From Terrimicrobiaceae bacterium (GTDB taxonomy: Bacteria > Verrucomicrobiota > Verrucomicrobiia > Chthoniobacterales > Terrimicrobiaceae): 35,309 bases of DNA. This document shows positions 32,978-35,309 of this stretch, piece after piece (within the stretch, counting starts at the first letter, position 1; the number at the start of each line of letters is the position of its first letter). The stretch lies in contig JBIKUM010000001.1 of assembly GCA_044347585.1 (NCBI GenBank), forward strand, positions 1 to 35,309, in the 5' to 3' direction. The notes under the pieces were generated by a model. That model made no database searches. It saw only the letters and a list, made by a program, of their open reading frames with translations, and was not told the origin of the DNA. The translations under genes were made by a program, and so were the position numbers.

Positions 32978-34879
32978 TTATAAACTTCTACAATAAACAA
33001 CCCAATATTGTTGACCTCTTTGAATTTTTAATGTAATTGGTATTAAATTGCTGGCCTTCCATTTTTTTGAGTTTTCAAGTTGCATAATCGTTTGAGCTTG
33101 CTCCTTTGATTTTGCCTCATCAGAGTCCATATTAACAATCACGCAGTCCATATTATTCATCTTATCTATGGTCTTAATATGATAGACTCTTCTGTCGCCG
33201 CTAAATGGCTTCCACAAAGAGACCTCCGTATCATCGACAGAACAAATGAGACCAATTTTTTTTGCATGCTTTGGCAGGAATTCTCTTAGCTCGGCCAAAG
33301 CATCAGAGCGCTTGCTGTAGGTCTCATAAACCAAATGAATCCTTTTTTTCAGCTGTTCAGGCGATTCAAGGATTCTGGCTATCTGCGAAATGGGAAGTAG
33401 AGGCCTAGATGGCGTCGTGATCGGCAAGACGATTGCGCTTGCAGCAAGAAGAAAAAAAACAACGCGCCAAACTTTTTCGTCAAGCATGCGTGTCATTCCG
33501 ATCATTCCAAAAGGAAGGGCGGCTAAGACAGGGTAATAAGGTGATAAAAGTCGAGCTGTTGACTCGGATCCCATAAGGGCCATATAGGCTCCAGTGGAAA
33601 AAATCATTCCGCTGTAGATTATTAAACCGAATAGATTCAGTCCTAGTGGTGGATCATTCTTCCTGCCGTAGCCTGTCAGTGAATTGGTTTGATAAATTGG
33701 CTTGCAACCACGGCGGCCCAATATGGCAAATAGAAACGCAAGGACTGCAATACCAAAAATTCCTAAACCCAAGCCAGCATTCTCCTCGTTGGGAAGCTCA
33801 ACAAATCGCAATTGCAACCGAGGGAAATCAGCCACAAGAAAACTTTGAACGGAAGCTGGAATGAGTGTTTCTATTTGATAGTTGACTGGTGCGGGGAATG
33901 GGAGAATTGGTGGTTGTAACGCACCAATCATTGCCTGCAAGGTGTTGCCAATCAGTCCAGCCGACACGCTGCCTGCTTCAAGACTTTTATCCTCTGGGCT
34001 TGTTCCCTTCCAATTGCCAGCGTGATGGAAATTGAGTGCCGCCATTGGGATAAATGAGCAAGCAACAATGACTAAAAAGATTTTACCACTTGCCCGCCGA
34101 AACAGTTCAAAACATGGTAGAATGGACAGCAGCCAAGGTAAGATAAGTGGTAGATTGCTGGCTTTAATTCCTGTGCAAATAGCTATCGACAAACTGGAAA
34201 TAGCAAGAAGACTAACTGAGGAGGTCCGGCGGGCTTGTATTGAAAACGCCATTGCAAAGAGAAAAAATGTCGTTCCTAGTAAATCATTCCCCACAGACGC
34301 CGCTTGAGCTACAAAGCAATAGGCCATAGGGACAAGCCACATTCCCCACCATGCCGACTTGGATTTGACACCCATGCCGCGAAAAACAACAAAAATGCAA
34401 GCTGGCATGAGTAAATAAGCCAACCAATTTACTAAGAAAAAGAAGCGGTCGGATTGAGTGAAAAGCAGTATAGGCGAAAGTAACCACTCAGCGTTTGTTC
34501 CGCTGTAGTTCATTCTTGGATTAAAAGTTTCAATCCAATGCCAAGTTCCCGCTTCGTGCCAGTGTAGAAGTCTCGATAGTCTATATGTTAAAAAATCATA
34601 ATTATTCGGGGCGTGTAATAGACCCCCGATAAAGCACAAGAGCGCAATGATTCCAAAAAGTGCCGGCAAGGGTTTCTTGTAGCGCCGAAGACGGAGAAAG
34701 AAGCCTTCCCTGCTTCCATCTGGGAGGCTTGGGAAGAGAAAGAGCAAACCCAAAAAAATCGGCGGGAGAGTCAGTCCATAACCCAAGGCAGAAAGTGAGC
34801 CGAGAAGTGAAAGGAACCACCCGCTTAAAATAGAGGAGGCTGAAAAAAGAACATAAATTCTTGCTAATCTTAAAGCCAT
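32978..34879 (-). CDS. Large polytopic membrane protein, GT-C-like (ArnT/PMT-type) N-terminal domain plus a soluble C-terminal domain of about 130 aa; function uncertain
   Basis: Track ORF (TTG 34897) trimmed to ATG 34879. It has many TM helices and a first-loop acidic motif NNYDFLTY. The hydrophilic C-terminus runs from ESPEQLKKRIHLVYETYS to VVYCRSL. Confidence 0.4.
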   Translation of the reverse strand: MALRLARIYVLFSASSILSGWFLSLLGSLSALGYGLTLPPIFLGLLFLFPSLPDGSREGFFLRLRRYKKPLPALFGIIALLCFIGGLLHAPNNYDFLTYRLSRLLHWHEAGTWHWIETFNPRMNYSGTNAEWLLSPILLFTQSDRFFFLVNWLAYLLMPACIFVVFRGMGVKSKSAWWGMWLVPMAYCFVAQAASVGNDLLGTTFFLFAMAFSIQARRTSSVSLLAISSLSIAICTGIKASNLPLILPWLLSILPCFELFRRASGKIFLVIVACSFIPMAALNFHHAGNWKGTSPEDKSLEAGSVSAGLIGNTLQAMIGALQPPILPFPAPVNYQIETLIPASVQSFLVADFPRLQLRFVELPNEENAGLGLGIFGIAVLAFLFAILGRRGCKPIYQTNSLTGYGRKNDPPLGLNLFGLIIYSGMIFSTGAYMALMGSESTARLLSPYYPVLAALPFGMIGMTRMLDEKVWRVVFFLLAASAIVLPITTPSRPLLPISQIARILESPEQLKKRIHLVYETYSKRSDALAELREFLPKHAKKIGLICSVDDTEVSLWKPFSGDRRVYHIKTIDKMNNMDCVIVNMDSDEAKSKEQAQTIMQLENSKKWKASNLIPITLKIQRGQQYWVVYCRSL

Positions 34880-34883
34880 GCTT

Positions 34884-35309
34884 TCAAAAATTCTCAACTT
34901 TTTCGGTTAAAATCTTGTTTTTCATTAAGTAATATAAGAAAATTGTGTTCCACTTGAAATAGCGGGCGGCGAGGCGGCGGGGTTCGGTGGCGAGGCGGTA
35001 AGTCCATGTGAGGCCTGCGCGCTGCATCCAGGTTGGGGCGTCGGGTTTGGTGCCGGCATTGACATCGAAGGCGAAGCCAACGGCAAGGAGGATTCCGCTC
35101 GGGAGGAGGGGTTTGAGGCGGTGGAGGAGGTGGTATTGCTTGGGTGTGCCCAGACCGATCCAGAGGAAGTCGGGGCGCAGTGATTGAAGTTCTTGGATGA
35201 CTTTGGAATCATCTTCCAGTGTCCCTTCGGCGGTGCAGTTTCCGTGGTAGGAGCCAATAATGTTCAGTTGCGGATTTTTTTTGAGCAGGCGTTCGCGGAG
35301 TTTTTTTCC
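34884..35309 (-). CDS. WecB/TagA/CpsF-family (GT26) glycosyltransferase, C-terminal 141 codons; the 5' end lies outside the window
   Basis: Not in the ORF track because no start codon lies in the window. My own translation of the minus strand in the frame ending at 35309 gives ...DFLWIGLGTPKQYHLL...AVGFAFDVNAGTKPDAPTWMQRAGLTWTYRLATEPRRLAARYF..., with the stop at 34884-34886. The track ORF 34925..35257 is the wrong frame. Confidence 0.8.
   Translation of the reverse strand, partial: GKKLRERLLKKNPQLNIIGSYHGNCTAEGTLEDDSKVIQELQSLRPDFLWIGLGTPKQYHLLHRLKPLLPSGILLAVGFAFDVNAGTKPDAPTWMQRAGLTWTYRLATEPRRLAARYFKWNTIFLYYLMKNKILTEKVENF

Noticed and set aside
34925-35257. Track ORF of 110 aa (Pro/Ser/Thr-rich) at the right edge
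   Set aside because: It is in the wrong frame. The frame open to the window edge encodes a clear GT26 (WecB/TagA/CpsF) C-terminal region, which is reported instead as 34884..35309.
1-35309. Search by eye for CRISPR arrays, tRNA/rRNA genes, transposases, integrases, phage genes or recognisable anti-phage defence genes
   Set aside because: I found no regularly spaced direct repeats, no cloverleaf-like or rRNA-like segments, and no ORF with DDE, tyrosine-recombinase or serine-recombinase motifs. Absence cannot be proven without tRNAscan, Infernal or HMM searches.

Overview
35.3 kb chromosomal window from a Gram-negative genome. Hand counts of single 60-nt lines give about 60% GC in the backbone. 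Gene content looks PVC/Verrucomicrobia-like, which is inference only. All product calls come from reading motifs by eye; no searches were run.

Order of features:
(1) The end of a livM-livG-livF amino-acid ABC importer on the + strand.
(2) A tightly packed minus-strand string in the transcription order metF, ACP, FAD oxidoreductase, stand-alone adenylating ligase, secreted LolA-like protein, then ABC exporter and HlyD-type adaptor.
(3) Two tandem type II toxin-antitoxin cassettes in a lower-GC islet.
(4) A deoxyhypusine-synthase-like gene, nadE and a CPBP intramembrane protease.
(5) An AraC regulator divergent from uxaE-like/uxaC hexuronate genes.
(6) A fabG-like gene, sixA and a GT4 glycogen-synthase-like gene.
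(7) A 430-bp intergenic region holding a 38-bp perfect palindrome and a second copy of its core.
(8) A GNAT gene and an exosortase.
(9) An approximately 11.5 kb AT-rich, compositionally mosaic polysaccharide island: three GT-B enzymes, a GT2, two methyltransferases, Wzx, a Wzy/ligase-like protein, a GT-C-like protein and a GT26.

No rRNA, tRNA, CRISPR array, transposase or integrase was recognised.

Most interesting observations:
- The carrier-protein/LolA-like/exporter cluster has no condensing enzyme.
- The exosortase-linked island looks foreign and carries a poly-C(8) tract early in a glycosyltransferase gene.
- A roughly 120-130 nt structured element is present twice and shows one compensatory stem change.
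- The TTTGGACGATCGTCCAAA palindrome family.
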